In this document: one piece after another, positions 34,560 through 45,178 of the stretch
Numbering within the stretch: the first letter of the stretch is position 1
How the letters are laid out: each line of letters starts with the position of its first letter
NCBI GenBank assembly: GCA_965214705.1
Contig: OZ243972.1
Coordinates: 1,728,001 to 1,792,000 of the forward strand
Origin: Alphaproteobacteria bacterium
GTDB lineage: Bacteria; Pseudomonadota; Alphaproteobacteria; UBA828
Length of the DNA: 64,000 bases
Reading direction: 5' to 3'
Made by a program: the position numbers and the translations under genes
The notes under the pieces: model-generated
Seen by the model: only the letters and a program-made list of their open reading frames with translations
Told to the model about the DNA's origin: nothing
Databases searched by the model: none

Positions 34560-35921
34560 ATGGAGCGTGAGGCTGGCGGCCTCGAATTTCAAGACTTGAC
34601 TGCTTTGGTAAAGAAGCTGATAGCCGAATCCTGCGACGTTGCGCACGTCGGTATGTTCGACCTGAATGCCACCTTCCGTGAGCGCCGGGTCAGGGTAGCC
34701 GATCTCACCAGGGTATTCGGACCAGGCGGAACATTCGTCAACGTCGTGCACGAATGGGACACCGGAGAGCAGGTGTTCGGTGCCGGTCCGTTTGTCGGCG
34801 AGCCAATTGCGATCGACCCCGCGTCGCTCCGTCCCTACCCCTTCGAGCCCAATGCTTGCGCCCTTGTCGCCGACTACATCGGCCCCTCCGCCGAAACCTC
34901 GCCAAGACGCTTGCTGGAACACCTGGTAGCGAAAGCCCACAACCAGGGTTTGGGTGTGCGAGCCGCCTTCGAATTCGAGTTCCTGGTGCTCGACGATGAT
35001 GCGGAATCCTTGAGGGAATCGGGGTTTTCGACCCTCAAGACATTCGCGAAGGACAACCGTTGTTGGGCCGGAGAGAGTGCAGCGATTTACGCGGATTTCG
35101 TGACGGAGCTGGAGCGGATTCTCGTTCAGGCCGATATCGACATGTTGGCGCTCGGCCTAGAACTTGGACCGGGATGCTTTGAAGCAACTCTCAGTCATGG
35201 AGACCCGCTGCGTGCCGCTGACAATGCAGTCTTTTTCAAGCTCCTGACGAAGGCGTATTGCCGCCGGCAGGGCAAAACGGCGTCGTTCATGGCGCAGCTC
35301 GGCGGTCAATTTCCGGGCCTCTCGGGCCACATCCATTTGTCGTTGACCGACCGCGAAACGGGCGAAGGCCTGTTCCCCGACCCAGCCGATGAAAAAGGCA
35401 TGAGCCGGATCTTCCGGTCTTTCGTGGCGGGGCTGGTCGCCCTGGCTCCCGAAGCGATGCCGCTGACCCACCACACGGCCAATGCTTACCGCCGCCACGC
35501 CCCTCAGAATTGGGCGCCGAAGACGGCATCCTGGGCCGTGCAGAACTATGCAGCCGCGGTCCGCGTGGTCCCGCAACCGGCAGACCGATGCCGGCTCGAA
35601 TATCGGCTTCCCGGCTCCGATATCAACCCGTTCCTCGCCTTGGCCTTTGTGCTGGGCGCGGGTCTCTGGGGCCTCGACTCCAATGCCGAACTCCCGCCCG
35701 AATTGACCGGCGGGGGCCCGGGTCTTACGGTCACCGGGGGGGCGGCGTTGCCCCACGATCTCTTCGAAGCCATCGACCGTCTTGCCCGCTCCGAACGCGC
35801 GAGCGACATCTGGGGAGAGACATTCGTGCAGCATCTTGTGGAAGCCTGCCGCCAGGAGGTGGCCGCTCTATCCCGCGAGACCAGCGCCGCCGAGCGCGCC
35901 AGGTATCTCGAAGTCGTTTAG
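34560..35921 (+). CDS. Glutamine synthetase-like (gamma-glutamyl ligase) protein 1
   Basis: FEFEF, ELGPGCFE, SGHIHLSL, NAYRR and LEYRLPGSDINP. Confidence 0.85.
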   Translation: MEREAGGLEFQDLTALVKKLIAESCDVAHVGMFDLNATFRERRVRVADLTRVFGPGGTFVNVVHEWDTGEQVFGAGPFVGEPIAIDPASLRPYPFEPNACALVADYIGPSAETSPRRLLEHLVAKAHNQGLGVRAAFEFEFLVLDDDAESLRESGFSTLKTFAKDNRCWAGESAAIYADFVTELERILVQADIDMLALGLELGPGCFEATLSHGDPLRAADNAVFFKLLTKAYCRRQGKTASFMAQLGGQFPGLSGHIHLSLTDRETGEGLFPDPADEKGMSRIFRSFVAGLVALAPEAMPLTHHTANAYRRHAPQNWAPKTASWAVQNYAAAVRVVPQPADRCRLEYRLPGSDINPFLALAFVLGAGLWGLDSNAELPPELTGGGPGLTVTGGAALPHDLFEAIDRLARSERASDIWGETFVQHLVEACRQEVAALSRETSAAERARYLEVV

Positions 35922-35935
35922 CGCGCGCAAAGATT

Positions 35936-37402
35936 ATGAGTGATCTGCAGGACTACTTGAACGATCCCGCTCGCGACGGATTGGTCGCCGAGGTTCGCAA
36001 GAGGATCGACGCGCTCGAAATCGACGCGATTTACTACCAGTATATTTCGATCACCGGCCGCATCATGGGCAAGATGATCCCGGTCAAGCACTGGGAGCGC
36101 GCGGCCCAAGAGGGGATGCAGACCTGGATCGGCGGCATCACCAACGTCTTCGCTGACAGGGACGGAAACCTGATCGGGTTTCCCCCGAATGCCTCCGAGC
36201 TTCTGGCCCTCCCCGACCCCGAAACATTCTGCCAGCTTCCCTGGAACAAACGCGTCGCCAGGGTCTTCTGCACCGTGTTTTTCAGCCGGGAGGATCCGGA
36301 CCGTCCCGAAGAATTCCTTGACTCGGATTCACGGGGAAATCTGCGGCGCATCCATGACGCCTTCCGGCAGGATCACGACGGTCTACACATGAGGGTCGGC
36401 TGCGAGCCGGAAATGCTTTGGCTGAAGCCGGGCGACGGGGAGAAGCCCTATTACGAGACGACCAAGCCCTACGCCTACCACATCGATCAGTTCGAGCAGC
36501 TCCAGGAGGTCTGGCTGAAGCTCTACGAGTACGGGACCGCGATGGGCCTCGACATGATCCAGGCGGATCACGAGGACGCGCCCGGCATGATCGAGATGAA
36601 CTTTCAGTATGACGACGCGTTGCGCACCAGCGACCGCCTGACCACCTACCGCCAGCTGTGCGCGCAGGTTGCGCGCGAATGCGGGCTCATGGCGGTGTTC
36701 ATGTCCAAGCCTTACATGAGCCTGTCGGGCAACGGCTGCCACCACAACCTCTCGCTCTGGCGGGGCGGCGAGGACACGGTGCAGTCGTTCGGACGCCAGG
36801 GCCAGCCGGCGATGGACGACGTCTTCGCCTACCGCAAAGGCGGCACCAACGAGATCGAGAACCCGAACCACGCCTGGATGCCCTCGGAGCTCGGGCGTCA
36901 CGCGCTGGGCGGCATGCTCGCGCACCTCAATGCGTTGGTCGCCATCGGCTCGTCCACCGTGAACTCCTACCGGCGGCTGAACGATACGGGTCTGTGGGCG
37001 CCGGTCGGCGCGGGGTGGGGCCTGCAGAACAGGTCCTGCGCCATTCGCGTCTCGAGCCCGGACCGGCTCGAGTTCCGTTGTGTGGACAGCATGGTCAATC
37101 CCTACCTGATGCAGGCGGCGCTGCTGAAGGCCATCGACGACGGCATTAGGAACCGGATCGATCCTGGGGAGCCCGAAGACCGGAACTTCGTGGATCTGTT
37201 GAATGCGGGAGAGGCGATCGAACGTATTCCCACCACGCTGCGCGACGCGCTCGACGCGCTGGCGGATGACGGTGTGGTCAAGGCCGCCCTCCCTGGGGAC
37301 CTTTACAGGGTCTACGATTGGTACAAGCGCGACGAATGGAACAAGTTCATCTGGCAAGTCTCCGACTGGGATGTGAACATGTACCTGGACTGCTTGCCCT
37401 AG
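35936..37402 (+). CDS. Glutamine synthetase-like protein 2
   Basis: PDPETF, GCEPEM, HEDAPGMIE, GNGCHHN, VNSYRRL and LEFRCVDSMVNPY; start placed at ATG 35936. Confidence 0.88.
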   Translation: MSDLQDYLNDPARDGLVAEVRKRIDALEIDAIYYQYISITGRIMGKMIPVKHWERAAQEGMQTWIGGITNVFADRDGNLIGFPPNASELLALPDPETFCQLPWNKRVARVFCTVFFSREDPDRPEEFLDSDSRGNLRRIHDAFRQDHDGLHMRVGCEPEMLWLKPGDGEKPYYETTKPYAYHIDQFEQLQEVWLKLYEYGTAMGLDMIQADHEDAPGMIEMNFQYDDALRTSDRLTTYRQLCAQVARECGLMAVFMSKPYMSLSGNGCHHNLSLWRGGEDTVQSFGRQGQPAMDDVFAYRKGGTNEIENPNHAWMPSELGRHALGGMLAHLNALVAIGSSTVNSYRRLNDTGLWAPVGAGWGLQNRSCAIRVSSPDRLEFRCVDSMVNPYLMQAALLKAIDDGIRNRIDPGEPEDRNFVDLLNAGEAIERIPTTLRDALDALADDGVVKAALPGDLYRVYDWYKRDEWNKFIWQVSDWDVNMYLDCLP

Positions 37403-37423
37403 CGGGGTGCAGGAGAAGCGCGT

Positions 37424-38293
37424 ATGGCATTCGATCTCACGCCCGCGCAGATAGACCGGTTCAACGAAGACGGCTTTCTGGTCGTCGACAAGCTGATCGA
37501 TGACGAGACGGTCGAGGCGGTGAGCGAGCGCTACGAAAAGCTCTTTCGCGGCGAATTCGAAACCGGAGTCCTGCCGGACGAAGTCAACTGGCAAGAAGGC
37601 GAGAGCGATCCTTCCCTGACCCGGCAAATCTGCAACGCATGGAAGGCGGATCGGACGATCGCATCGGTGGTCATGAGGGCCGACCTGGGCAAGGCGATCG
37701 CCACACTCGGCGGCTGGCCGGGCGCGCGCTTGATGGTGGACAACGTGCTGTGGAAGCCGCCCGGCACACGGCCGCTGGCTCTTCACCAGGACAACGCCTA
37801 TCTGCATTGGTTCCAGCCGACGGAGTTGCTGAGCTGCTGGATGGCGCTCGACGACACCAGGGCCGATGCAGGGACGCTCGAGTTCGTGCGCGGATCGCAC
37901 CGGTGGCACCACTCACTCCCCGAAGGCGAGTTCCACGGCCCCAAGGACTACCGCAAGTACATGGAGAAGGCGGCCGCCAAGGAGGGAGTCGAGCCGGAAA
38001 TCGTCCACGTGGAGGTGCCCAAGGGCGGCGGCTCCTTCCATCACGGCTGGACCTGGCACGGCTCGGGCGACAACACCGCGACGGTCCCCCGTCGCTCTCT
38101 CGTGCTGCACGCCATGCGGAGCGACACGCGCTACGTCCCTGAGTGCTTGGGGCAAGGTGTCGGCTCCATCTACAGCCGCTATAAGCGGCTCGGCGACAAC
38201 ACCATCGATGAGAACTACTTTCCGGTTCTGTGGACCCGCGACGGCTATCGAACCCCCGATATCGACACGTTCCTGAATGGTGCGGGCACCTGA
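37424..38293 (+). CDS. PhyH-family Fe(II)/2OG dioxygenase
   Basis: FNEDGFL, LHQD, CWMALDD, GSHRW and WHGSG. Confidence 0.88.
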   Translation: MAFDLTPAQIDRFNEDGFLVVDKLIDDETVEAVSERYEKLFRGEFETGVLPDEVNWQEGESDPSLTRQICNAWKADRTIASVVMRADLGKAIATLGGWPGARLMVDNVLWKPPGTRPLALHQDNAYLHWFQPTELLSCWMALDDTRADAGTLEFVRGSHRWHHSLPEGEFHGPKDYRKYMEKAAAKEGVEPEIVHVEVPKGGGSFHHGWTWHGSGDNTATVPRRSLVLHAMRSDTRYVPECLGQGVGSIYSRYKRLGDNTIDENYFPVLWTRDGYRTPDIDTFLNGAGT

Positions 38294-38408
38294 TCCTGCG
38301 CCGGCCAAGCGCCCGGAGCGTCTTGGCTTGTGTGGCGACGGTAGATGCGCGACAACAACCCGACCCGATCATCTGGAATGATCACAACACGTGCTGGAGA
38401 AGAGAGAC

Positions 38409-38714
38409 ATGTCTGCCGCGGACAAGTTGGGCGGATATGCCAGCGGTTTCAGCGGCTTGAACGCTGAGGAAATCGCCGCAAACGTGACGGACGACTACAA
38501 GCTTCTGGACAAGGACGGAGCGGTCTACGGCAAGAGCGACCTGCCGGGCTACATCGCCGAGCTGAGAAAGATCGGCGACAGGATGGACATCACCGATGTC
38601 GTGGTCGAGGGCTGCACCGCATGGTGCAAGTGGCAGGTCGGCGACATTGTCGGGGCCGGCTTGATCAGCTTTGGAGATAAGGGCGTCACGCAGGAGCAGC
38701 TGTTCTATTTCTGA
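38409..38714 (+). CDS. Small SnoaL/NTF2-like protein
   Basis: About 101 aa with good codon usage and a purine-rich RBS-like sequence; fold inferred from the pattern (TDDY..D...VVEG..AWCKW). Confidence 0.55.
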   Translation: MSAADKLGGYASGFSGLNAEEIAANVTDDYKLLDKDGAVYGKSDLPGYIAELRKIGDRMDITDVVVEGCTAWCKWQVGDIVGAGLISFGDKGVTQEQLFYF

Positions 38715-38873
38715 CGTGTAACGGCGCCACGCCGCGCGATCGGCACCGGATCGAGAACCGGACGTCGCGCGGCGCTGAGTTGGCACGTGCTTGCCTGCCA
38801 ATTCGAAGCCACTTAAGCTGCCGAACAGAAGTTATGCCGTGCGCCGGTCTGCCGGTCTGTAGGGAGTGTAATC

Positions 38874-41048
38874 ATGGCGCGAGACCCCAAGTACGACGTC
38901 CTCTTCGAGCCCATCCAGTTCGGCCCGAAGACGATGAAGAACCGCTTCTACCAGGTTCCGCACTGCAACGGCGCGGGTTCGGAGCGGCCAGGCACACAGG
39001 CCGCATTTCGGGGCATGAAGGCCGAAGGCGGATGGGGCGGCGTCTGTACCGAGGCTTGCTCGATCGACCACGAGGCCGACACCTCGCCGGGCGTGCTGGC
39101 CTGCCTCTGGGACGACGGCGACATCATCAATCTTCGGCATATGTGCGACAGCCTGCACAAGTGGGATGCGCTCGCCGGTGTCGAGCTTTGGCATATGGGC
39201 TCGGCGTCGGCGAACCTGGAGACGCGAGCCGCTCCGTCGTCTCCCACGCAATCGACCTCGGATTGGTCGATCGGCACTTACTCGCACGAGCCCGACGAAG
39301 ACGAGATCATCGAACTCCAGGACATGTACGTTGAGTCCGCGAAACGGGCCGTGCAGGCCGGCTTCGACATCGTGTACGTCTACGGCTCGCACGGCGTCTT
39401 GCCAGTGCAGTTTTTATCTCGCTTCTACAACAAGCGGACCGACAAGTACGGCGGTTCCTTCGAGAATCGCGCGCGCTTCTGGCTGGAGACCATCGAAAAG
39501 GTGAAAGAGGCAGTCGGCCATGAATGCGCGATCGCCGTGCGAATTTCGATCGATCAGATCATGGGGCCGGACGGCGTGCAGGCGGAGGATGACGGCATTG
39601 GGTTTATCGAGCTCGCCACCCAGCGCGGCCTGGTGGATCTCTGGGACGTGAACGTTTCCACGTTCAGCGAGTGGGGCGAAGATGCCGGCCCGTCCCGCTT
39701 CTACAAGGCGAACCACCAGGCGCCGTTCACGAAGCACGTCAAGAGCGTCGCCAAGGTGCCGGTGATCAACGTGGGGCGCTTTACCAGCCCGGATGACATG
39801 GTCCACGTGATCAGCTCCGGACAGGCGGACATCATCGGCGGCGCGCGCCCCTCAATCGCTGATCCCTTCCTGCCCCAGAAGATCGAAGAAGGACGGCTCG
39901 AAGATATCCGCGAGTGCATCGGCTGCAATATCTGCATCTCACGATGGGAGCGGGGCACTGCGCTCGTTTGCACGCAGAACCCTGTCGCCAACGAGGAATA
40001 TCGCCGCGGCTGGCACCCGGAAAAATTCGATCACGTAGAGGACGCCGGATCGGTTCTCGTGGTCGGCGCAGGGCCCGCCGGGACCGAGGCCGCTCGCGTT
40101 CTAGGCCAGCGGGGCTACGATGTGCACGTCTGCGAGGCGGAATCCGAAATCGGCGGGCATATCCGAGACGTCATGCGCTATCCGGGCATGGCGGAATGGG
40201 GCCGAATCACCAGCTACCGGCAGGCTCAGCTCGACAAGCTCAAGAACGTCGAGGTGCACACGAACGCCCGCCTCGAATCGGACGACGTGCTGACGTACGG
40301 CGCCGACAAGGTGGTACTTTGCACCGGCTCCCGGTGGGCGGTGGACGGCTTCAGCCACATCACGATGGCGCCGGTTCCGGGCATCGATGCAGCGGCGCCC
40401 CACTTCGCAACGCCCGAGCAGGTCATGGCGGGCAAGGATGTCGGCGAGCGTGTCGTCATTCTCGATGCCGACGGGTACTTCACTGGCGTCAGCATGGCCG
40501 AGATGCTGGCCGACCGGGGCAAGCAAGTGTCGATCGTCACGCAGTTCTCCGAGGCCGCACCGTTGATGGAGTACACCCTCGAGGCTCCCAACCTGCATCG
40601 CATGCTGCACGAAAAAGGCATCACCCAATATGGCGGCACGTGGGTCGAGGAGTGCGATCCGGGCAACGTGGTGAAGGTGAAGCTCTTCAGCCTCTCTCGG
40701 GACGGCTACAAGCGCACCATCGAGCCGAGGCCCGGCGAGCATGTACGCAGGATGGGCGGGGAGACCCAGACCATCGACGCAGATACCGTGATTCTGGTCA
40801 CGGCGCGGCTCGCGAACAGCGAACTCTACAAGTCGCTATGGGAGCGTCGCGAAAAGTGGGAAGAAGAAGGAATCGCGGGCATCTACCAGGCCGGCGATTG
40901 CTATGCGCCGCGGCTCACCGGCGATGCGATCTTCGACGCACACCGCCTCGCCCGAGAGTTCGAATCGGAGAATCCGCGGCGGCCGCAACCCTTCCTCCGC
41001 GAGCGCATGATCTGGGGACGAGACGATCCGTCGGTGACGGTGAACTGA
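38874..41048 (+). CDS. Trimethylamine/dimethylamine/histamine dehydrogenase-family flavoprotein 1
   Basis: KNRFYQVPHC (cysteinyl-FMN site), VYVYGSH, ARPSIADP, CIGCNIC...C [4Fe-4S] and GAGPAG. Confidence 0.9.
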   Translation: MARDPKYDVLFEPIQFGPKTMKNRFYQVPHCNGAGSERPGTQAAFRGMKAEGGWGGVCTEACSIDHEADTSPGVLACLWDDGDIINLRHMCDSLHKWDALAGVELWHMGSASANLETRAAPSSPTQSTSDWSIGTYSHEPDEDEIIELQDMYVESAKRAVQAGFDIVYVYGSHGVLPVQFLSRFYNKRTDKYGGSFENRARFWLETIEKVKEAVGHECAIAVRISIDQIMGPDGVQAEDDGIGFIELATQRGLVDLWDVNVSTFSEWGEDAGPSRFYKANHQAPFTKHVKSVAKVPVINVGRFTSPDDMVHVISSGQADIIGGARPSIADPFLPQKIEEGRLEDIRECIGCNICISRWERGTALVCTQNPVANEEYRRGWHPEKFDHVEDAGSVLVVGAGPAGTEAARVLGQRGYDVHVCEAESEIGGHIRDVMRYPGMAEWGRITSYRQAQLDKLKNVEVHTNARLESDDVLTYGADKVVLCTGSRWAVDGFSHITMAPVPGIDAAAPHFATPEQVMAGKDVGERVVILDADGYFTGVSMAEMLADRGKQVSIVTQFSEAAPLMEYTLEAPNLHRMLHEKGITQYGGTWVEECDPGNVVKVKLFSLSRDGYKRTIEPRPGEHVRRMGGETQTIDADTVILVTARLANSELYKSLWERREKWEEEGIAGIYQAGDCYAPRLTGDAIFDAHRLAREFESENPRRPQPFLRERMIWGRDDPSVTVN

Positions 41049-41173
41049 TCGTGATCGACGTTCCGAAAAGAGTTGGCGCGCGCGAATGATGTCGGGAACT
41101 TCCGTTGTTGGACGAGCGATCCGCAACGGCGCGTATCTTCACAAATGTCGGTAAACACAGGAGGTCTTGCTCC

Positions 41174-42454
41174 ATGAAAACGAACATCACACGACGCAAG
41201 TTTATGGCAGCAACGGGTGGCGTTGCCGCGGGCTTGACTGCCTTCGGCGCGACGCCGTCCAAGCTTTTCGCTGACGAGAAGACGGTCAAGATCGGATTTC
41301 TCGCGGCGCTCACCGGCGATGCCGCGGGCTGGGGTCTTCCAGGACTCTACGGGGTCGAGATCTGGGCGGAACAGATCAACGCTGCCGGTGGCCTCGACAT
41401 GGGCGGCGAGAAGTACAAGGTCGAGATCATCTCCTATGATGATGAGTTCGACGCCGTTAAGGCGACGGTCGGCGCCAAGAAGCTGCTCTTCGAGGATGAG
41501 GTCTCGATCGTCCTGATGCTCGGCGTCACGCCGGTGCTGGCGGTGAAGGACTTCATGACCCGCAACAAGATGCTGACGACGACGCTGGTGCCGACCGACA
41601 TCAGCGAGGACGCGCCGTATCTGTTCGCGCCCGTCGAGGTCCATCCCTTCTACAACGTGACCGCCGTGGACTACATCGCGCGCAACATGCCGCACATCAA
41701 GACGGCAGCCATCGCGACGCAGAACGACGAGCTGGGCCTCAGCTCGCTCGCGACCTACCGGGCCGCGTTCGAGGTCGCCGGCATCGAGATCGTCGAGGAG
41801 AACCTGTTCGGCTTCGAGGTGACCGACTTCGCGCCGGTGGTATCGAAGCTAATCGCCGCGAACCCCGACGTCATCACCTGGGACACGGCTTATCCCGATT
41901 ACGTCAACCTGCTGACCGAGCAGGCATACTTGCAAGGCTACAAGGGTCAGTTCGTGAACTGCACGCTCGACCAGTACGATCACATCCTGAGCAAGACCAG
42001 CAAGGAGTTCCTGGAGGGATTCCTTTGGCAGTTCCCGGATCTCGACGACCCGATCATGCAGGGCCCCGACACCCATTTCGATAACGCGGCGTCCTTCTAT
42101 CAGACCTACGCCGAGCGTTATCCGGGTGCCTGGACGGCGGTGTCGTGGGAATATGCCGCGGCGCTCGAGATGTGGCGCTCCGCCGTGGCCCAGGCCGGCA
42201 CCTTCGATCCGCCGGCGGTTGCCGACGCGCTCCGTGCGCTGAGCCCCGTGCCGCACGCGTTCGGCGACGCCGAATGGTGGGGCGAGGACTTCTTCGGCGT
42301 GAACAGCGCGGCGCTCGGCAAGTGGCCCGTCGTTCAGATGCAGAACGGCAAGGCCGTCATCGTCGAGATGGGCGACGTCAGAGCCTGGTGCGACCAGCAT
42401 CTCGACGTTCTCAAGAAGCACTTCATAGAGCTCGGCGTCCCGCTCGCCGGCTAA
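41174..42454 (+). CDS. Liv-type ABC transporter substrate-binding protein, Tat-exported
   Basis: MKTNITRRKFM twin-arginine signal; VKIGFLAALTG and INAAGG. Confidence 0.85.
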   Translation: MKTNITRRKFMAATGGVAAGLTAFGATPSKLFADEKTVKIGFLAALTGDAAGWGLPGLYGVEIWAEQINAAGGLDMGGEKYKVEIISYDDEFDAVKATVGAKKLLFEDEVSIVLMLGVTPVLAVKDFMTRNKMLTTTLVPTDISEDAPYLFAPVEVHPFYNVTAVDYIARNMPHIKTAAIATQNDELGLSSLATYRAAFEVAGIEIVEENLFGFEVTDFAPVVSKLIAANPDVITWDTAYPDYVNLLTEQAYLQGYKGQFVNCTLDQYDHILSKTSKEFLEGFLWQFPDLDDPIMQGPDTHFDNAASFYQTYAERYPGAWTAVSWEYAAALEMWRSAVAQAGTFDPPAVADALRALSPVPHAFGDAEWWGEDFFGVNSAALGKWPVVQMQNGKAVIVEMGDVRAWCDQHLDVLKKHFIELGVPLAG

Positions 42455-42545
42455 GCGAACCTCAGGTGTTGTGCCCCGCTCCGGCGGGGCACACTCTTTC
42501 CTCAGACAGACACTGGCGATCGGCCGGAACGGGCCTTAGCGAGAC

Positions 42546-43430
42546 ATGACGGATCTGGAACTCATCCTTCAGACCATCATGAACTCGCTGATTGCAAGCA
42601 GCTTCACCGCGATATTCGCGGTCGGCCTGGTGCTGATTTTCGGCATCATGCAGATCGTCAATTTCGCCCATGGCGCTCTCTATATGGTGGGCGCGTACGC
42701 GACCTGGTACCTCTACGCGGAACTCGGAATCCCGTTCTTCGCCTCGATCGTGATCGCGACGCTCCTGACGGTGGCCATCGGCCTCCTGATGGAACGCGCG
42801 CTGTTTCGCCCGATGCGCGGCAACCTGTTCGGCGGCCTCATCGTTTCCGTCGGCATGATGTTCGTCCTCGAGGTTCTCGTTGTGTATCTGTTCGGCCAGG
42901 GGCTCATGAAGAACATGACGCCCTATTTCAGGGAATCGTGGCATGCCTTCGGCATCGAGAGCGTCACGATTTCCCACTCGCGGCTGTTCGTCTTCGCGAT
43001 CGCGGCATTCATCCTCGTTGCCTTCTGGCTCTTCATGAGCCGCACCAGGATCGGCTGGGCCATGCGCGCCTGCGCCCAGAATCCGGAAGCGGCGGCGCTG
43101 CAGGGCATCGGCATCGGCAAGATTTCCATGCTGGCGATGGTGATCAGCGCGGCAATGGCGGGCATGGGTGGCGCGGTCATGTCGCCGCTCGTGCGCATCA
43201 CGCCGCAGATGGGCCATCCGGTTCTGGTCACCGCCTTCATCGTCATGATCGTGGGCGGCATGGGCAGCATCGAAGGCGCTCTGATTGCGGCCGTCGTCTA
43301 CAGCTTCTTTCACACGTTCGTCACCACCTACATAGGCGGTGAAATCGCGACGATCCTGGGTCTGGCGTTGATGCTTCTGGTGCTGATCGTCAAGCCGACC
43401 GGGATCATGGGAGCACGCGAGAGTGTTTAG
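42546..43430 (+). CDS. Liv-type ABC permease (LivH-like)
   Basis: GLVLIFGIMQIVNFAHG and GWAMRACAQNPEAA. Confidence 0.88.
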   Translation: MTDLELILQTIMNSLIASSFTAIFAVGLVLIFGIMQIVNFAHGALYMVGAYATWYLYAELGIPFFASIVIATLLTVAIGLLMERALFRPMRGNLFGGLIVSVGMMFVLEVLVVYLFGQGLMKNMTPYFRESWHAFGIESVTISHSRLFVFAIAAFILVAFWLFMSRTRIGWAMRACAQNPEAAALQGIGIGKISMLAMVISAAMAGMGGAVMSPLVRITPQMGHPVLVTAFIVMIVGGMGSIEGALIAAVVYSFFHTFVTTYIGGEIATILGLALMLLVLIVKPTGIMGARESV

Positions 43431-44415
43431 CCGGACGCACCGCAATCTCGCCGGAATCGCCGTCGTCCTGGCGGTCGTCTGCGTCCTGCCGTTTGTCCTG
43501 CGGCCGTATCAGCTCGATTTCCTGATTTTCATGTTCATCAACATCATTCTGGTGGTGAGCTACCGTTTCATCGCCATCACCGGCGAGTTTTCGCTGGCCC
43601 ATGCCGTGATCATGGGCGTGGGCGCCTATGCGAGCGCGCTTCTCGCGGCGCTTCCTATCTCACCGTGGATATCCATGCCGCTTGGCGGCGTGGCGGCAGC
43701 CGCCATCGCCTACGTTCTGAGTTTCCCGCTTTTCCGCATGAAGGGGTTCTACTTCCTCATTGGCTCCTTCGCTGCCGCCGAGGCAATCCGGCTGTGCTGG
43801 GTTCAATTCAACGATCCGTTCGGCGGCTTTCGCGGCCTGCGGCGCATCCCGGTTCTGGAAATCGATCTGGGCGAACTGCTCTATATCGATCTCGGCGCCC
43901 CGGTGCCCTACTACTTCTTCGCGGTGATCGTGGGGCTGATTTGCCTGTTCGTCATGTACCGTATTGAGCATTCCCGCTACGGCTTCGTCTTTCACGCGGT
44001 GCATCACAAGGACACGCTGGCGCAATCGGTCGGAGTCGACGTGCGCCGGTTCCGCACCATCGCATTCGTCACCGGCGGATTTTTCGCGGGCATCGCGGGC
44101 GCCATGGTGGCGCACTACGTCACAGCGATTAATCCGGGTCTGTTCGGCCTGAAGCAGATGCTCTTCGTCCTGGTCTGGGTGCTGGTGGGCGGCATGGGCC
44201 ACTTCGCGGGTCCAATCATCGGCGTCACGGTGCTGTCAATCATCGACGAATCCCTGCGCGGCCTGGATGAGCTGCGGCCCGGCTTCTACGGCCTGGTGCT
44301 GATCGCGACGGTGCTGTTCCTGCCCGAAGGCCTGGTCAGTCTGCCCAGAAAAGTTCTGCAGTGGTCGACCTGGCTGTGGAACCGTGGAGGGGGGACTCTC
44401 GTCAAGCGGGAGTAG
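43423..44415 (+). CDS. Liv-type ABC permease (LivM-like)
   Basis: TGEFSLAHA, GAYASA, RMKGFYF and FLPEGL. Confidence 0.88.
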   Translation: MFSRTHRNLAGIAVVLAVVCVLPFVLRPYQLDFLIFMFINIILVVSYRFIAITGEFSLAHAVIMGVGAYASALLAALPISPWISMPLGGVAAAAIAYVLSFPLFRMKGFYFLIGSFAAAEAIRLCWVQFNDPFGGFRGLRRIPVLEIDLGELLYIDLGAPVPYYFFAVIVGLICLFVMYRIEHSRYGFVFHAVHHKDTLAQSVGVDVRRFRTIAFVTGGFFAGIAGAMVAHYVTAINPGLFGLKQMLFVLVWVLVGGMGHFAGPIIGVTVLSIIDESLRGLDELRPGFYGLVLIATVLFLPEGLVSLPRKVLQWSTWLWNRGGGTLVKRE

Positions 44416-45145
44416 GGGGCGTACCGGCACGACGGCACGGTGGCGCGAGGTAAACCGCCGCCGTTAACTTTCGGGTGTCGGTCATTTTCCGCCAACGCTT
44501 CCTGCGAAAGTCTTCGATCCCGGCATGGAACGGCTCGGCATCGATCTCGCGCGCCCGGGCCCGAGGCTCTTCCGCTTCGTTGTGCCGCCCGGCTTCTTCC
44601 AGAAGGTCCGCCAGATTGTCGCAAATGATCGCCACCCCGGCTTCACGGTGGCTGAGGGACTTCGCTCGCATTTCGCGCGCTTGACGGTAGAACGGCTCCG
44701 CTTCGTCGGTTCGCCCCATCGTGTGCAGGAGTTCCGCGAAGTTGTTCAGCGTCGCTGCGAGGCCGCCCTCGGCGAGGGTAGTGTTGATGCTGCGCTTGAG
44801 CTTGCGCAGTTCTTCCGTCCGTTTCATCTCGAGGCGGATGTGCATCGAGGCGCTTCGCCCGGTGAACTCGACATCCATCTGCGAGACCCATTCGGGCACC
44901 CGCTCCCAGGCGGCGATGGCATCGCGATACCGCGCCTCGGCGTCCGCCGTGTCACCCGCCTCGCGCGCGATCGCTGCGAGGCAATGGAGACTCGCCGCGC
45001 GCCGTGGATCCGCTTCGTCGAAAGCCTGACTCAGCGTGGCGCCGGTTCGCCACAACGGCTCGATCTCGACGCCTGCCTCGAAGGAATCAGCGGCCTCCTC
45101 GGCGAACTGCTCCCACAGGAAATCGACGAGCAAGCAGGGCCGCAT
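44402..45145 (-). CDS. Tetratricopeptide-repeat protein
   Basis: AATLNNFAELLHTMGRTDEAEPFYRQA and DNLADLLEEAGRHNEAE repeats. Confidence 0.7.
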   Translation of the reverse strand: MRPCLLVDFLWEQFAEEAADSFEAGVEIEPLWRTGATLSQAFDEADPRRAASLHCLAAIAREAGDTADAEARYRDAIAAWERVPEWVSQMDVEFTGRSASMHIRLEMKRTEELRKLKRSINTTLAEGGLAATLNNFAELLHTMGRTDEAEPFYRQAREMRAKSLSHREAGVAIICDNLADLLEEAGRHNEAEEPRARAREIDAEPFHAGIEDFRRKRWRKMTDTRKLTAAVYLAPPCRRAGTPPTPA

Positions 45146-45178
45146 GGGTTGAGGCTTGTCTGGTATCGGCGCGGACGC